Source: Abditibacterium sp. (GTDB lineage: Bacteria > Armatimonadota > Abditibacteriia > Abditibacteriales > Abditibacteriaceae). Taken from it: 64,000 nt of DNA. The notes beneath the pieces were generated by a model. It was not told the origin of the DNA. It made no database searches and saw only the letters and a program-made list of their open reading frames with translations. Every line of letters starts with the position of its first letter. Within the stretch, counting starts at the first letter, position 1. Shown in pieces: positions 9,618 to 18,931 of the stretch. Both the position numbers and the translations under genes were made by a program. The stretch is from contig OZ251992.1 of assembly GCA_965246885.1 (NCBI GenBank), positions 1,760,001-1,824,000 of the forward strand, given 5' to 3'.

Positions 9618-12116
9618 ATGCAGAAAATCCCCTTGCCCGCCGCTTGGACAGTCCGAGCCGTTTCCAACCCCGAAGAAGTCCCCGCCGAAATCGCCAACCG
9701 TGCCATCCCCGCCACCGTTCCCGGCTGCGTCCATCTCGACTTATTGCGCGAGAACCTCATCCCCGACCCGTATCTCGACCGCAACGAGGCGCTCGTCGCG
9801 TGGATTGGGCGCACCGATTGGGAATACACCACGACGTTTAGCGTTCCCGCCGAAGCGTTGGAAGAGGAGCGCGTGGATTTGGTGTGCGAGGGGTTGGACA
9901 CCGTTGCCACGATCTACGTGAACGGCGTCGAAGTCGGGCGGAGCGAGAATATGCACGTCGAAAGCCGCTTCGAGGCCAAGGCTGCGCTTCGTGCGGGCGA
10001 CAACGAACTCCGCATCGTCTTCGCGTCGCCGATTCATTACGCGCGCCAAATGCGCGACCGCTTGGGCGATTTGCCGCACGCCAACTCCTATCCCGACTGC
10101 GAGCCGTTCCATTTCATCCGCAAAAACGCGAGCAACTTCGGCTGGGATTGGGGGCCAGCCCTCACGACAAGCGGCATTTGGAAAGCCATTCGCCTCGAAG
10201 CGTGGAGCGTCGCGCGCATCAAGTCCGTGCGCCCCTTGGTGCGCGTGGCGAATGAGAAAGTGGCAGTAGTGGATGTGGAAGTGGAGTTTGAAAGGACGGA
10301 TAGAGGCATGACAAACATTAGCCTTCTCCTGCGCGACGATAAAACTTTTTATGTGGAATACGAGAAGGATGCCTTCCACAACGGCGACCTTTTGATAGTT
10401 CCTGTTTTAATCCAAAATCCCTCCCTTTGGAACCCGCGCGGCTATGGAGAGGCGAAACGCTATGTGTTGGATGTGCATATCTACGGCATATTAGAAGAAG
10501 CCGCTTTGGAGTTCGATTTCTCGCGTGCATTAATCGGACTCCGCGAGGTTGAGTTGGACACTTCCCCCGACGACATTGGGGCGAAGTGGGACATCAAAGT
10601 GAACGGGCAGAAGATATGGTGTAAGGGCGCGAACTGGATTCCCGATGATGTGTTTTTGACGCGGGCGAGTGAGCCGGAGCGGTTGCGCGCGCGGTTGGAG
10701 CAAGCGTGCGCGATGGGGATGAACATGATTCGCGTGTGGGGCGGCGGCATCTACGAAACCGACGAGTTCTATGGGTTGTGCGACGAGTTGGGATTGCTGG
10801 TGTGGCAGGACTTCCCCTTCGCGTGCGCGGCCTATTCCGAAGAATCGCCGCTGCGCGAGTTGGTCGTCGAAGAAGCGCGGCAGAACGTCGCGCGGCTCGC
10901 CAAGCACCCGTCGCTCGTGTTGTGGAACGGCTGCAACGAGAACTTGTGGGGCTGGTTCGATTGGAAGTGGCAGGAGGAAGTCGGGGCGCGAACGTGGGGC
11001 GCCGGGTATTACTTCGACATCCTGCCCGCCATTGTCGCGGAGCTTGACCCGACGCGGCCTTATTATCCGGGCAGCCCGTTTTCGGGTACGATGGACATCC
11101 ACCCCAACGCCGACGCTTTCGGCCCCAAGCATATGTGGGACACATGGAACGAGGTCAGCCACACCCACTTCCGCCGCTACTCGCCGCGCTTCGCATCGGA
11201 GTTCGGCCACCAAGCGCCGCCGACGTTCGCCACCCTCGCCCGCGCCATTCCTGAGGGCGAGCGCGACCCGTTCTCCGCCGCGATGCTCGCGCACCAAAAG
11301 GCGGGCGACGGCAACGCCAAGCTGCACGCGCGTTTATCCGAGTGGTTCGACATCCCGTCCGATTTCGACGACTGGCTGTTCCTCACGCAACTCGTCCAAG
11401 CCCGCGCCATGACCACCGCCGTCGAGTGGTTCCGCACGCGCGCCAGTTGCTCCGGCGCGCTGTTTTGGCAACTCAACGACTGCTGGCCCGTGACTTCATG
11501 GGCCGCCATAGACGGCGACGGACGCCCCAAGCCCCTCTTCTACGCCGCCAAACAGTTCTTCCGCGAGCGGCTTTTGACCATCCAACCGGACGGCGAACAT
11601 CTCGCGCTGTGGGCGCATAATGATGGGGAGTGGCCTTGGTTTTTGAACATCAACGTTTACTCTCACAATATGGACGACGGCATTGAGGACTACGTGGGGT
11701 TCTCTGAGATTTGCCCCGCCCGCACGCTTCTAAAACTGGGAGTGCTTAAGGGTTGGACGAAGCGCGAAGACGTAGCTTACATCCGCGCGGCGGACTTCGA
11801 CCGCGCCATTCAAAAAACGATAAACACCGCCTTTTGGTTCTTCGACGCCGACAAGAACCTTGCCTACCCCGAACCGAAGTTCGAGGCGACGCTCGACGGA
11901 AACACGCTGACAATAGAGGCGCAAACGCTCCTCCGCGACTTGTATCTGAACGCCGACCGCATCGGCGGGACGGTGCGCGAGAACCTCGTAACGCTGCTTC
12001 CGGGCGAAACGTGGTCGGTGGACATCAAGGGCGTGGCGCCGGAGGCGCTTGACCTCGCGGCGCTCACGTCGCGGCCTATTTTGAACTGCGCGAACTGGTT
12101 CGGGAAGGGGGTTTAA
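9618..12116 (+). CDS. glycoside hydrolase family 2, beta-mannosidase-like
   Basis: FGWDWGP, KGANWIP, NMIRVWGGG, LLVWQDF, LWNGCNE, FASEFG, FWQLNDCWP. Confidence 0.92.
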   Translation: MQKIPLPAAWTVRAVSNPEEVPAEIANRAIPATVPGCVHLDLLRENLIPDPYLDRNEALVAWIGRTDWEYTTTFSVPAEALEEERVDLVCEGLDTVATIYVNGVEVGRSENMHVESRFEAKAALRAGDNELRIVFASPIHYARQMRDRLGDLPHANSYPDCEPFHFIRKNASNFGWDWGPALTTSGIWKAIRLEAWSVARIKSVRPLVRVANEKVAVVDVEVEFERTDRGMTNISLLLRDDKTFYVEYEKDAFHNGDLLIVPVLIQNPSLWNPRGYGEAKRYVLDVHIYGILEEAALEFDFSRALIGLREVELDTSPDDIGAKWDIKVNGQKIWCKGANWIPDDVFLTRASEPERLRARLEQACAMGMNMIRVWGGGIYETDEFYGLCDELGLLVWQDFPFACAAYSEESPLRELVVEEARQNVARLAKHPSLVLWNGCNENLWGWFDWKWQEEVGARTWGAGYYFDILPAIVAELDPTRPYYPGSPFSGTMDIHPNADAFGPKHMWDTWNEVSHTHFRRYSPRFASEFGHQAPPTFATLARAIPEGERDPFSAAMLAHQKAGDGNAKLHARLSEWFDIPSDFDDWLFLTQLVQARAMTTAVEWFRTRASCSGALFWQLNDCWPVTSWAAIDGDGRPKPLFYAAKQFFRERLLTIQPDGEHLALWAHNDGEWPWFLNINVYSHNMDDGIEDYVGFSEICPARTLLKLGVLKGWTKREDVAYIRAADFDRAIQKTINTAFWFFDADKNLAYPEPKFEATLDGNTLTIEAQTLLRDLYLNADRIGGTVRENLVTLLPGETWSVDIKGVAPEALDLAALTSRPILNCANWFGKGV

Positions 12117-12125
12117 ACTCTGGTC

Positions 12126-12692
12126 ATGGCAACATTAACCGCGCTCGATCCGCTTGTCGAGGAACTGATGGAAGTTGAGGGTAAGGCGGAGATAGTGGAT
12201 GGGGAGATCAAACACCTTATGGCAACTGGAGGAAAACCCGGCCTCGCGGCCAAGCGCATTCTCTTGGCGCTCGCGTTCTACGAAGAGACGAGCGATGGCA
12301 TCGCCTTTGGCGACAACGTCGGCTTTTTGTGCGACTTGCCCAACCGTAAGTCTTTCTCACCGGATGCCGCCTTTTACGTGGGGCCGGAGCCGGAAATGGG
12401 CTTTCTTCCCGAACCCCCCGTCTTCGCCGTCGAAGTGCGGTCGGAGAACGACTACGGCCCTAAAGCCGAAGAGGAGATGGCCGCCAAGCGCGCGGACTAC
12501 TTCGCGGCGGGCACGCTCGTCGTGTGGGACGTGGATTTGGACAGGGATACAAAAGTCGTCGCCAAATATGTCGCGTCCGACCCAGACAAACCGCAGTTCT
12601 TCGGCAGGGCGGACGAAGCGGACGCCGAGCCTGCGGTTCCCGGTTGGAAGATGAAGGTTGCGGCCTTGTTTGCCCCGGTTCGGGCGCAATAA
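12126..12692 (+). CDS. Uma2 family (putative restriction-endonuclease fold) protein
   Basis: AEIVDGEI, SPDAAF, FAVEVRSEND, KRADYFAAGTLVVWDVD. Confidence 0.88.
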   Translation: MATLTALDPLVEELMEVEGKAEIVDGEIKHLMATGGKPGLAAKRILLALAFYEETSDGIAFGDNVGFLCDLPNRKSFSPDAAFYVGPEPEMGFLPEPPVFAVEVRSENDYGPKAEEEMAAKRADYFAAGTLVVWDVDLDRDTKVVAKYVASDPDKPQFFGRADEADAEPAVPGWKMKVAALFAPVRAQ

Positions 12693-12721
12693 ATAAAATT
12701 GCGGGAAGAAACTCATGTAGT

Positions 12722-12736
12722 TGGCACCCGGCTTGC
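12722..12736 (+). promoter_or_regulatory. sigma54 (RpoN) -24/-12 promoter
   Basis: TGGCAC-CCGGC-TTGC, consensus spacing. Confidence 0.75.
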
Positions 12737-12811
12737 CTAAGAGACGGGACAGACGCGGCGCAGTTACCTTGCGCGCGGCGCCAAATTCTGGAGAACACAC
12801 ACAAACACATC

Positions 12812-13999
12812 ATGAGCGACATTCGTAACGACGAGAACGTGCAACACGGCATTGACGACAATGCACATGGCGATGCCGCCAAAGGCTTGGAACTGGGCGG
12901 TTTGGGCGGCGGCGCCGTTGGCGCCATTGCCGGATCGGTGCTTGGCCCGGTCGGAACCTTGGTAGGCGCCTTAATCGGCGGCTCGGTCGGCGCTGTCGCA
13001 TCCGGCGCGGCTGTTGCCGCCGTTGACAGTGTGGACAACGACAACACCGTTTCCGGCGTTGGCACCGGCGCCACACTCAAGGACGGCGAACACGTCGGCA
13101 CCACTTCAACTGGCTACGGCACCACGCCCAACGTTCACGCTGGCACCCCGTCCGGCGATTATGAGCGCGGCACCTATGTCGGCGGTTCGGATGTTTCCGG
13201 CACCGTTGGCGCGGGCGGTCACAACGTCGTCACCGGCGATGAAGCGCACACCGGCGCTGGCAAAGCGGGCTTGGCCGAAGGCGCCCTCGCTGGCGGCGTG
13301 TTAGGCGCGGCTTTGGGCGGCCCCGTTGGAGCCGTCGTCGGCGGCACGCTTGGCTCTTTGGCGGGTGGCGTTGCGGGTGACGCGACCGAAGCTACCGGCA
13401 CCGGAGTGGGCACCAGCACTTACGACACCACAACGGGTGGCTATGGCACCGGCGCAGGCATTCAAACTGGCACCACGCCCGACGTGCACGCTACCGACGA
13501 GCGCTACACCCAACTCACAAGCGGTGACTACGCCACACGCCCCTATGGCACTTACGAGGGCCGCAGCATTTCGCGCACCGATTACAACTCCTTGCCCGAA
13601 AACGACCGCATGAAGGTGCAGTTGGTCGAAGAGGAGCTTCACGTTGACAAAGAAGTGCGTCAAATCGGCGAAGTGCAAATCGGCAAGCGCATCGTGACCG
13701 AGCAGGTCAACGTCCCGGTCACTTTGGAGCGCGAGGAAGTCATCATCCACCGCCGCGACGTGTCCGGCGGCGCGGCTGGCACCATCGGCGCCGACCAAAC
13801 CATCGTTGTGCCCATCTCTGAAGAGTTCGCCCAAGTCACCAAAACCGCGCACGTCACCGGCGAGGTCGAAATCGAAAAGCGCATGACGAGCGAGCAAAAG
13901 ACCGTGTCCGACACCGTGCGCCGCGAGGAACTCGACCTCAACGAAGGCACGACGGGCCGCGTCACCGTCGAAGACGACACCCGTAACCGCAACATGTAA
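12812..13999 (+). CDS. glycine-zipper protein with C-terminal YsnF/AvaK (DUF2382)-like domain
   Basis: two GxxxG-rich hydrophobic segments; VQLVEEELHVDKE...GEV...K...VSDTVRREE; RBS GGAGA before ATG 12812. Confidence 0.85.
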   Translation: MSDIRNDENVQHGIDDNAHGDAAKGLELGGLGGGAVGAIAGSVLGPVGTLVGALIGGSVGAVASGAAVAAVDSVDNDNTVSGVGTGATLKDGEHVGTTSTGYGTTPNVHAGTPSGDYERGTYVGGSDVSGTVGAGGHNVVTGDEAHTGAGKAGLAEGALAGGVLGAALGGPVGAVVGGTLGSLAGGVAGDATEATGTGVGTSTYDTTTGGYGTGAGIQTGTTPDVHATDERYTQLTSGDYATRPYGTYEGRSISRTDYNSLPENDRMKVQLVEEELHVDKEVRQIGEVQIGKRIVTEQVNVPVTLEREEVIIHRRDVSGGAAGTIGADQTIVVPISEEFAQVTKTAHVTGEVEIEKRMTSEQKTVSDTVRREELDLNEGTTGRVTVEDDTRNRNM

Positions 14000-14011
14000 A
14001 TGTTGTTTGCA

Positions 14012-14049
14012 AACAAAAACCGCCCGATACACATCGGGCGGTTTTTTGT
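14012..14049 (+). terminator. intrinsic terminator
   Basis: aaaaaccgcccgat-acac-atcgggcggttttttgt. Confidence 0.8.
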
Positions 14050-14064
14050 CTGACTCCACCCGGA

Positions 14065-14079
14065 TGGCACCCCTCTTGC
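14065..14079 (+). promoter_or_regulatory. sigma54 (RpoN) -24/-12 promoter
   Basis: TGGCAC-CCCTC-TTGC, consensus spacing. Confidence 0.75.
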
Positions 14080-14149
14080 CCCTTTACGAGTCAGATGCAG
14101 CGCAGTTGTCTTTCGCGCCGCTTCAAACAAAGGAGAACACACAAACATC

Positions 14150-14446
14150 ATGGACAACATCAACGACGACGGCGTGCAACACGGCATTGACGATAACCCC
14201 AACGACGACGCCAAAAAGGGCCTCGAATTGGGCGGCTTGGGCGGCGGCGCGGTCGGCGCCATTGCGGGGTCGGCACTTGGCCCGCTCGGAACAATTGTTG
14301 GCGGCTTGATCGGCGGCTCGGTTGGCTCCGTCGCGTCGGGCGCGGCAGTGGACGCCGTTGACCAAGTGGACAACGACGACACCATCTCCGGCGTCGGCGA
14401 CGGTGTGACCCCCGATGATGACGGTGTGGCAAACCGCACCTTCTAA
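14150..14446 (+). CDS. small glycine-zipper protein, paralog of the N-terminus of 12812-13999
   Basis: shares VQHGIDDN...KGLELGGLGGGAVGAIAGS...GGSVG...AVD.VDND.T.SGVG with the upstream gene. Confidence 0.85.
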   Translation: MDNINDDGVQHGIDDNPNDDAKKGLELGGLGGGAVGAIAGSALGPLGTIVGGLIGGSVGSVASGAAVDAVDQVDNDDTISGVGDGVTPDDDGVANRTF

Positions 14447-14516
14447 GAATTGTCCACCTCCGAAGCCGCTCGGCATCCGTCGGGCGGCTTTCTTGTTTTA
14501 GCCGGACGGCGAAGAG

Positions 14517-14680
14517 TCACCGCCTCCCGCCATTGGACGACAGACGTCTGTCGTGCAATGGCGGGAGGAAGTCTTCCAATTCGGGGAGGCGGCGACGCGA
14601 TGGCGGGAGCAATTCTTCCAATTCGGGGATGAATTCTTCGCGTGGCGGACGTCCGCCGTGCCGCAAGGGAAGGCGGTGAG
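14517..14680. repeat. palindromic, 21-nt-periodic intergenic element
   Basis: 46-bp near-perfect palindrome 14523-14568 centred on GACAGACGTCTGTC, then degenerate 21-nt units and the palindrome GGCGGACGTCCGCC. Confidence 0.7.
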
Positions 14681-14722
14681 CGGAAAATTTCCGTCTGATA
14701 GCGTCGCCGTTCATCCCAAACT

Positions 14723-15790
14723 ATGGACTCTTTCGACTCGCTGTACGGCTGTTTACTGGGCGGCGCCCTCGGCGATGCGTTGGGGTTGCCGTTCGAGCGA
14801 CTTACCCCTGCCAAGCGCACACGGCTGTGGGGCGATTTCCCCGGTGGGCTGGAAATGTGCTTTCTGCCGCGTCGGGGTATGGTGTCGGACGACACTGAGC
14901 ACGCGCTTTTTACGGCGCGAGCCTTACTCGAATCGCGCGGCACCTCCGAGCGCTTCGCGCGCGTCTTAGCTTCGGAGCTGCGCGCGTGGATGCTCACGCT
15001 TCCCCCCGGCATCGGGTGGGCTACGCTCCGCGCGGGCGTCAAAGCGCTGTTGTTCCTGCCCGCTTCCCGCACCGGCGTCGTGTCGGCGGGCAACGGCCCC
15101 GCCATGCGCGCGGCGATCTTGGGCGCCTTTTTCGGCGACGCGACGGCGCAGCTAAAGGAGTTCTGCCGCGTATCCACCCGCCTCACCCACACTGATCCCA
15201 AAGCCGAATGGGGCGCATTCGCCGTTGCCCTCGCCGCCTCGCATGCCACCAAAGGGCAGGCCGATGGGCGCCGCTTTGTGCGCGATTTGGGCGAATGGAG
15301 CGACGACTCCGAGGCCGCGCGCGAGATGATTGCCCTCGCCAAACGCGCCGTTAACTCCGCCGCTCGCGGCCAAAGCGCCGCCGACTTTTGCGCTGACATG
15401 GGCCTCAAACACGGCGTGAGCGGTTACATTTTCCACACTGTTCCCGTCGTGTTGCAATGCTGGCTTCGCCATGCCGCCGACTTCCGCGCGGGCATCGAGG
15501 AGATAATTAGGTGTGGCGGCGATACCGATTCCACCGCCGCCATCCTCGGTGGCATCCTTGGCGCGGGCGTTGGCGGCGCCCAGTTGCCCGCCGACTGGAC
15601 GAGCGAACTGCGCGACTTTCCCAACTCGCGCGGCTATATCGAGCGCGTCGCCAAGGAACTTGCGCTCGCCGGGGATGAAGGCGTCACCGTCGTCACGCCG
15701 CGCGCCCTGTTCGGCATGCCGCTTCTGCGCAACGCCTTCTTTGTGTCGGTGGTAATCGCTCACGCCCTACGGCGCTTAGTCCCGTTTTAA
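14723..15790 (+). CDS. ADP-ribosylglycohydrolase family protein
   Basis: GGALGDALG, SDDTE, GNGPAMR, THTDP, GGDTDSTAAILG. Confidence 0.93.
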   Translation: MDSFDSLYGCLLGGALGDALGLPFERLTPAKRTRLWGDFPGGLEMCFLPRRGMVSDDTEHALFTARALLESRGTSERFARVLASELRAWMLTLPPGIGWATLRAGVKALLFLPASRTGVVSAGNGPAMRAAILGAFFGDATAQLKEFCRVSTRLTHTDPKAEWGAFAVALAASHATKGQADGRRFVRDLGEWSDDSEAAREMIALAKRAVNSAARGQSAADFCADMGLKHGVSGYIFHTVPVVLQCWLRHAADFRAGIEEIIRCGGDTDSTAAILGGILGAGVGGAQLPADWTSELRDFPNSRGYIERVAKELALAGDEGVTVVTPRALFGMPLLRNAFFVSVVIAHALRRLVPF

Positions 15791-16267
15791 GCGAGTAGAC
15801 TTGAAAGCGTGCGAAGTGCGGGCAACAACCGCGTCCATCAAAGGGCGCTTGCCTTTAGGGAACTGCCAGAGGATAGAAGCGAAGCCGTCGCCTTGCGGGA
15901 CAGTTTTCTCGTAGAAGATCTCCCCGCCGGTAAAGCCCGACAGGACGTAAAACTGCGGTGTGTAGCGGGTGTATGTGACGCGAGCGTGGTCTTTGGCCCA
16001 CTCGCGGCGCGCGGCATCCATTTGTGCGCGCAATGTCCGGTTGAAGGCGTTGTTTTCGCCCCACGCGGACAATTTGAATTTGCCGTCGTCCGACTTCCAC
16101 ACCCGCCCGTCGCCGTTGTCGGCTTCGGGAAGCGGCGTCACCAAAGAAGTGGGGTAGAGGACGCGATAGCCAAAGCGGGCGTTCTCGTAGGTCGCGTAAC
16201 TCTCGCTTGCCAGCACGCCGCTTCCCGCGAAGAGGGCGACGGTTCCCAGCCAAACAGTCGGTTTCAT
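15776..16267 (-). CDS. hypothetical exported protein
   Basis: signal-peptide-like N-terminus; YENARFGY...DNGDG motif. Confidence 0.7.
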   Translation of the reverse strand: MKPTVWLGTVALFAGSGVLASESYATYENARFGYRVLYPTSLVTPLPEADNGDGRVWKSDDGKFKLSAWGENNAFNRTLRAQMDAARREWAKDHARVTYTRYTPQFYVLSGFTGGEIFYEKTVPQGDGFASILWQFPKGKRPLMDAVVARTSHAFKSTRLKRD

Positions 16268-16310
16268 CGCGTCAGTTACAGTTCAATCTGTGGGCCAACA
16301 GCACCCCTCC

Positions 16311-17210
16311 ATGCCCAAAGCTGTTAAACCTTTATGCCTGACTAAAAGCAAAGATTGGCCGGTAGCGTTGGCGCTCTTCGTTGCGGTGGTATCTTGGGGC
16401 GCGGCGTGGGTTTCGATTCGGGTGGCGGTGCGCGATTTTTCGCCGGGACAACTGGCGTTGGGGCGTTATTTGGTCGCGTCGGCGGTGCTGTTGCCGCTTC
16501 TGCTGCGCAACCGCCCGTGCTTTGCACGGGACGACTGGGCGGCGATTGCGGTTTCAGGCATCTGTGGATTTTCGGGGTATAACCTGCTCTTGAACGCGGG
16601 GGAACAGACGATTTCGGCGGGCGCGGCGGCGCTGATTGGTTCGACGATTCCGGTGTTCGTGACGCTTGGCGCGGCACTGTTTTTCGGTGAACCGCTTTCC
16701 AAGCGGGCGCTGTGGGCGACGGGGATTTCGCTTGCAGGCATCGCGCTGTTGGCGCTGGGAGGCAAAGGGGGCGTGCGACTTTCGCCGGGCGCCCTACTGG
16801 TGTTGGGCGCAGCGTTGGGCGCGGCAGCGTATCAACTCATTCAGATACGCTTGCGCCCCCGCTACGGAGCGCTCGATTTGACGGCGGCTTCGATGCTGTG
16901 CGGAACAGTTGCGCTGGTGCCGTTTGGGGGCGGGTTGGTCGGCGCACTTCATCGGGCGCCGCTCGCCGCGACGGGGCATTTGGTGTTTTTGGGCGTGTTC
17001 CCCGGCGCGCTGGGCTACGTGCTGTGGAGCTTTGTATTGTCCAGACTGAGCGTGGCACGGGTGATGAGTTTTTTATTTTTGGTGGCGCCGTGCGCGGTGC
17101 TTTTGGGTTGGCTGGCGCTGGGAGAACTGCCAAGCGCGCCGCAACTGGCGGGCGGCGCTCTTGCCCTTGCAGGCGTAATATGGTGCCAGACCGAACGGAG
17201 TTCTTCATGA
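16311..17210 (+). CDS. DMT/EamA family transporter
   Basis: about 10 hydrophobic segments in two EamA-like halves (SWG..W, FFGEPL, LGELPS). Confidence 0.88.
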   Translation: MPKAVKPLCLTKSKDWPVALALFVAVVSWGAAWVSIRVAVRDFSPGQLALGRYLVASAVLLPLLLRNRPCFARDDWAAIAVSGICGFSGYNLLLNAGEQTISAGAAALIGSTIPVFVTLGAALFFGEPLSKRALWATGISLAGIALLALGGKGGVRLSPGALLVLGAALGAAAYQLIQIRLRPRYGALDLTAASMLCGTVALVPFGGGLVGALHRAPLAATGHLVFLGVFPGALGYVLWSFVLSRLSVARVMSFLFLVAPCAVLLGWLALGELPSAPQLAGGALALAGVIWCQTERSSS

Positions 17211-17965
17211 CGAAACGCAACGACTGGAACGCGCAACTTTACAACGACAAGCATGCCTTCGTATGGCAAATGGGGGCGGGCGTCGTCGAACTTCTCGCGC
17301 CGCGCGAGGGCGAGCGCGTCCTCGATTTGGGCTGTGGCACGGGCGAACTGACCGCTCAGATAGCGGCATGCGGTGCTGATGTCGTCGGCTTGGACGCTTC
17401 GCCTGCGATGCTCCGCCAAGCCCGCGCGCGGTTCCCATCTATGGAGTGGCACGAGGGCGACGCGCGCGATTTTGACCTCGGCACCGACTTCGACGCCGTG
17501 TTTTCCAACGCGACGCTGCACTGGGTCTTCGATCACGGCGCCGTTGCGCGCAGGGTGTTCCGCGCCCTCAAACCGGGTGGGCGCTTTGTCGGGGAGTTCG
17601 GCGGGCGTGGCAACGTCGCGCGCTTGGAGTCGAGCCTTGTGCGCGCTGCCCGCGAGTTGGAGTTGCCACCTTACCAGCCGAGCAACACCTTTCCCACATT
17701 GCGCGAGTGGGCAGCCAGCCTCGAAAGCGGCCAATTGGAGCCGCAGTTTTTACAACTTTTTCCGCGCCCCACGCCTCTGGAAGGCGAGGATGGACTCAAG
17801 AACTGGTGGCGTCAATTCCGCGCGGCTTACTTGGACGCGCTTCCGCGCCGCGACCGCGATGCCGTGTTAGGGCGTGCCCACGACATCGCCGCGCCCTTCT
17901 TGCAAAGTGAGCGCGGCTTTTTTGCCGACTACGTGCGCTTGCGCTTCGTGGCCTTGAAGCGGTAG
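17207..17965 (+). CDS. class I SAM-dependent methyltransferase
   Basis: VLDLGCGTG, GLDASPAML, FDAVFSNATLHW; ATG overlaps the upstream TGA. Confidence 0.9.
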   Translation: MTKRNDWNAQLYNDKHAFVWQMGAGVVELLAPREGERVLDLGCGTGELTAQIAACGADVVGLDASPAMLRQARARFPSMEWHEGDARDFDLGTDFDAVFSNATLHWVFDHGAVARRVFRALKPGGRFVGEFGGRGNVARLESSLVRAARELELPPYQPSNTFPTLREWAASLESGQLEPQFLQLFPRPTPLEGEDGLKNWWRQFRAAYLDALPRRDRDAVLGRAHDIAAPFLQSERGFFADYVRLRFVALKR

Positions 17966-17990
17966 GGCGGCGCCTCACACTAAAGGGTCA

Positions 17991-18923
17991 ATGGAAAAGC
18001 ATGGCATGGGCGCGCGGGAGTTGGTGCTGGAGCGCGGTCGGGTGCGCGAAGCGGCCAAGGTGTTCGCCGTCGAAACGCCGGTTCTGCGCGTTCACACCTT
18101 CCATTCCAGTTCCTTGTCGGCGCTCGTGGCGTCGCTTCCGGCGCTGGTGGCGCTCCGTGAGAGTTTCCCCGGCGCGCGCTTGTCGTGCTTTGCGCGCGCG
18201 GAACACGCGGCGCTTTTGCAGCACTTCCGGGCGATAGACGAAGCGACGGCGCGGCCATCGGGTGGGGTTCCGCGCCAAGCGGCGCTGATGGCGCGCTTGC
18301 ACGCGGGCGAGCCGGACTTGGCCATTTCGTTTTCGCAGGGCGCCAACGCGATGCTGCTCTTGTGGTCAACGCGCGCGCCGCGCCGGGCGGGGTTCGTGCC
18401 CTCGCACTTCGAGGCGTTTCTCACGCACCGCGTCCGCAAGCGCGGCCTCTTGTCCGCCCAGTCGGGGCTGGAGTTGGTCGAATCCGTCGGCGCTTTTCCG
18501 CGCGGAGGGCGGGCACGCGATTTCTTGGACGTGCCGCACGAGCGCTTTGAGGCGCTTCGCGCCCGCCTGCCGTTTCCGTTCGAGTCGTTCGTCTTGTTGC
18601 CTTTTGATGCGCCGCGCCGCTCGACGAATGAGCGCGCCGCGTGGGGCCGCGCCGTGTCGGAAATGCGCGCGTCGTGGCCCGTCGTCGTCGCGGGCGGACG
18701 GGCGGGGGAGTGGAAGGGCGCGCTGTCCGAAGACGCGCCTCATCCGTTGCATCACGCGGATGCGCCGGACGCCCTCGAACTGCTCGCGCTTATCCGCGCG
18801 GCCCGCGCCGTCGTCGGCCCCCCCAACGGCGCGACTGATTTAGCGCGATTGGACGGCAAAACGACCATCCGCGCCACGCCAGACATTGCCTATAAGGAGG
18901 CGCTGCTCGCGCTGGGCTTGTAA
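17991..18923 (+). CDS. glycosyltransferase family 9 (heptosyltransferase-like), divergent
   Basis: SSLSALVASLPALVALRESFPGARL resembles the GT9 N-terminus; adjacent to kdsB. Confidence 0.65.
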   Translation: MEKHGMGARELVLERGRVREAAKVFAVETPVLRVHTFHSSSLSALVASLPALVALRESFPGARLSCFARAEHAALLQHFRAIDEATARPSGGVPRQAALMARLHAGEPDLAISFSQGANAMLLLWSTRAPRRAGFVPSHFEAFLTHRVRKRGLLSAQSGLELVESVGAFPRGGRARDFLDVPHERFEALRARLPFPFESFVLLPFDAPRRSTNERAAWGRAVSEMRASWPVVVAGGRAGEWKGALSEDAPHPLHHADAPDALELLALIRAARAVVGPPNGATDLARLDGKTTIRATPDIAYKEALLALGL

Positions 18924-18931
18924 CTAATGCT

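Noticed and set aside
9618..12116. Diversity-generating retroelement target
   Set aside because: No reverse transcriptase or template/variable repeat pair is in the window and the patches are internal; kept only as an unexplained composition anomaly.
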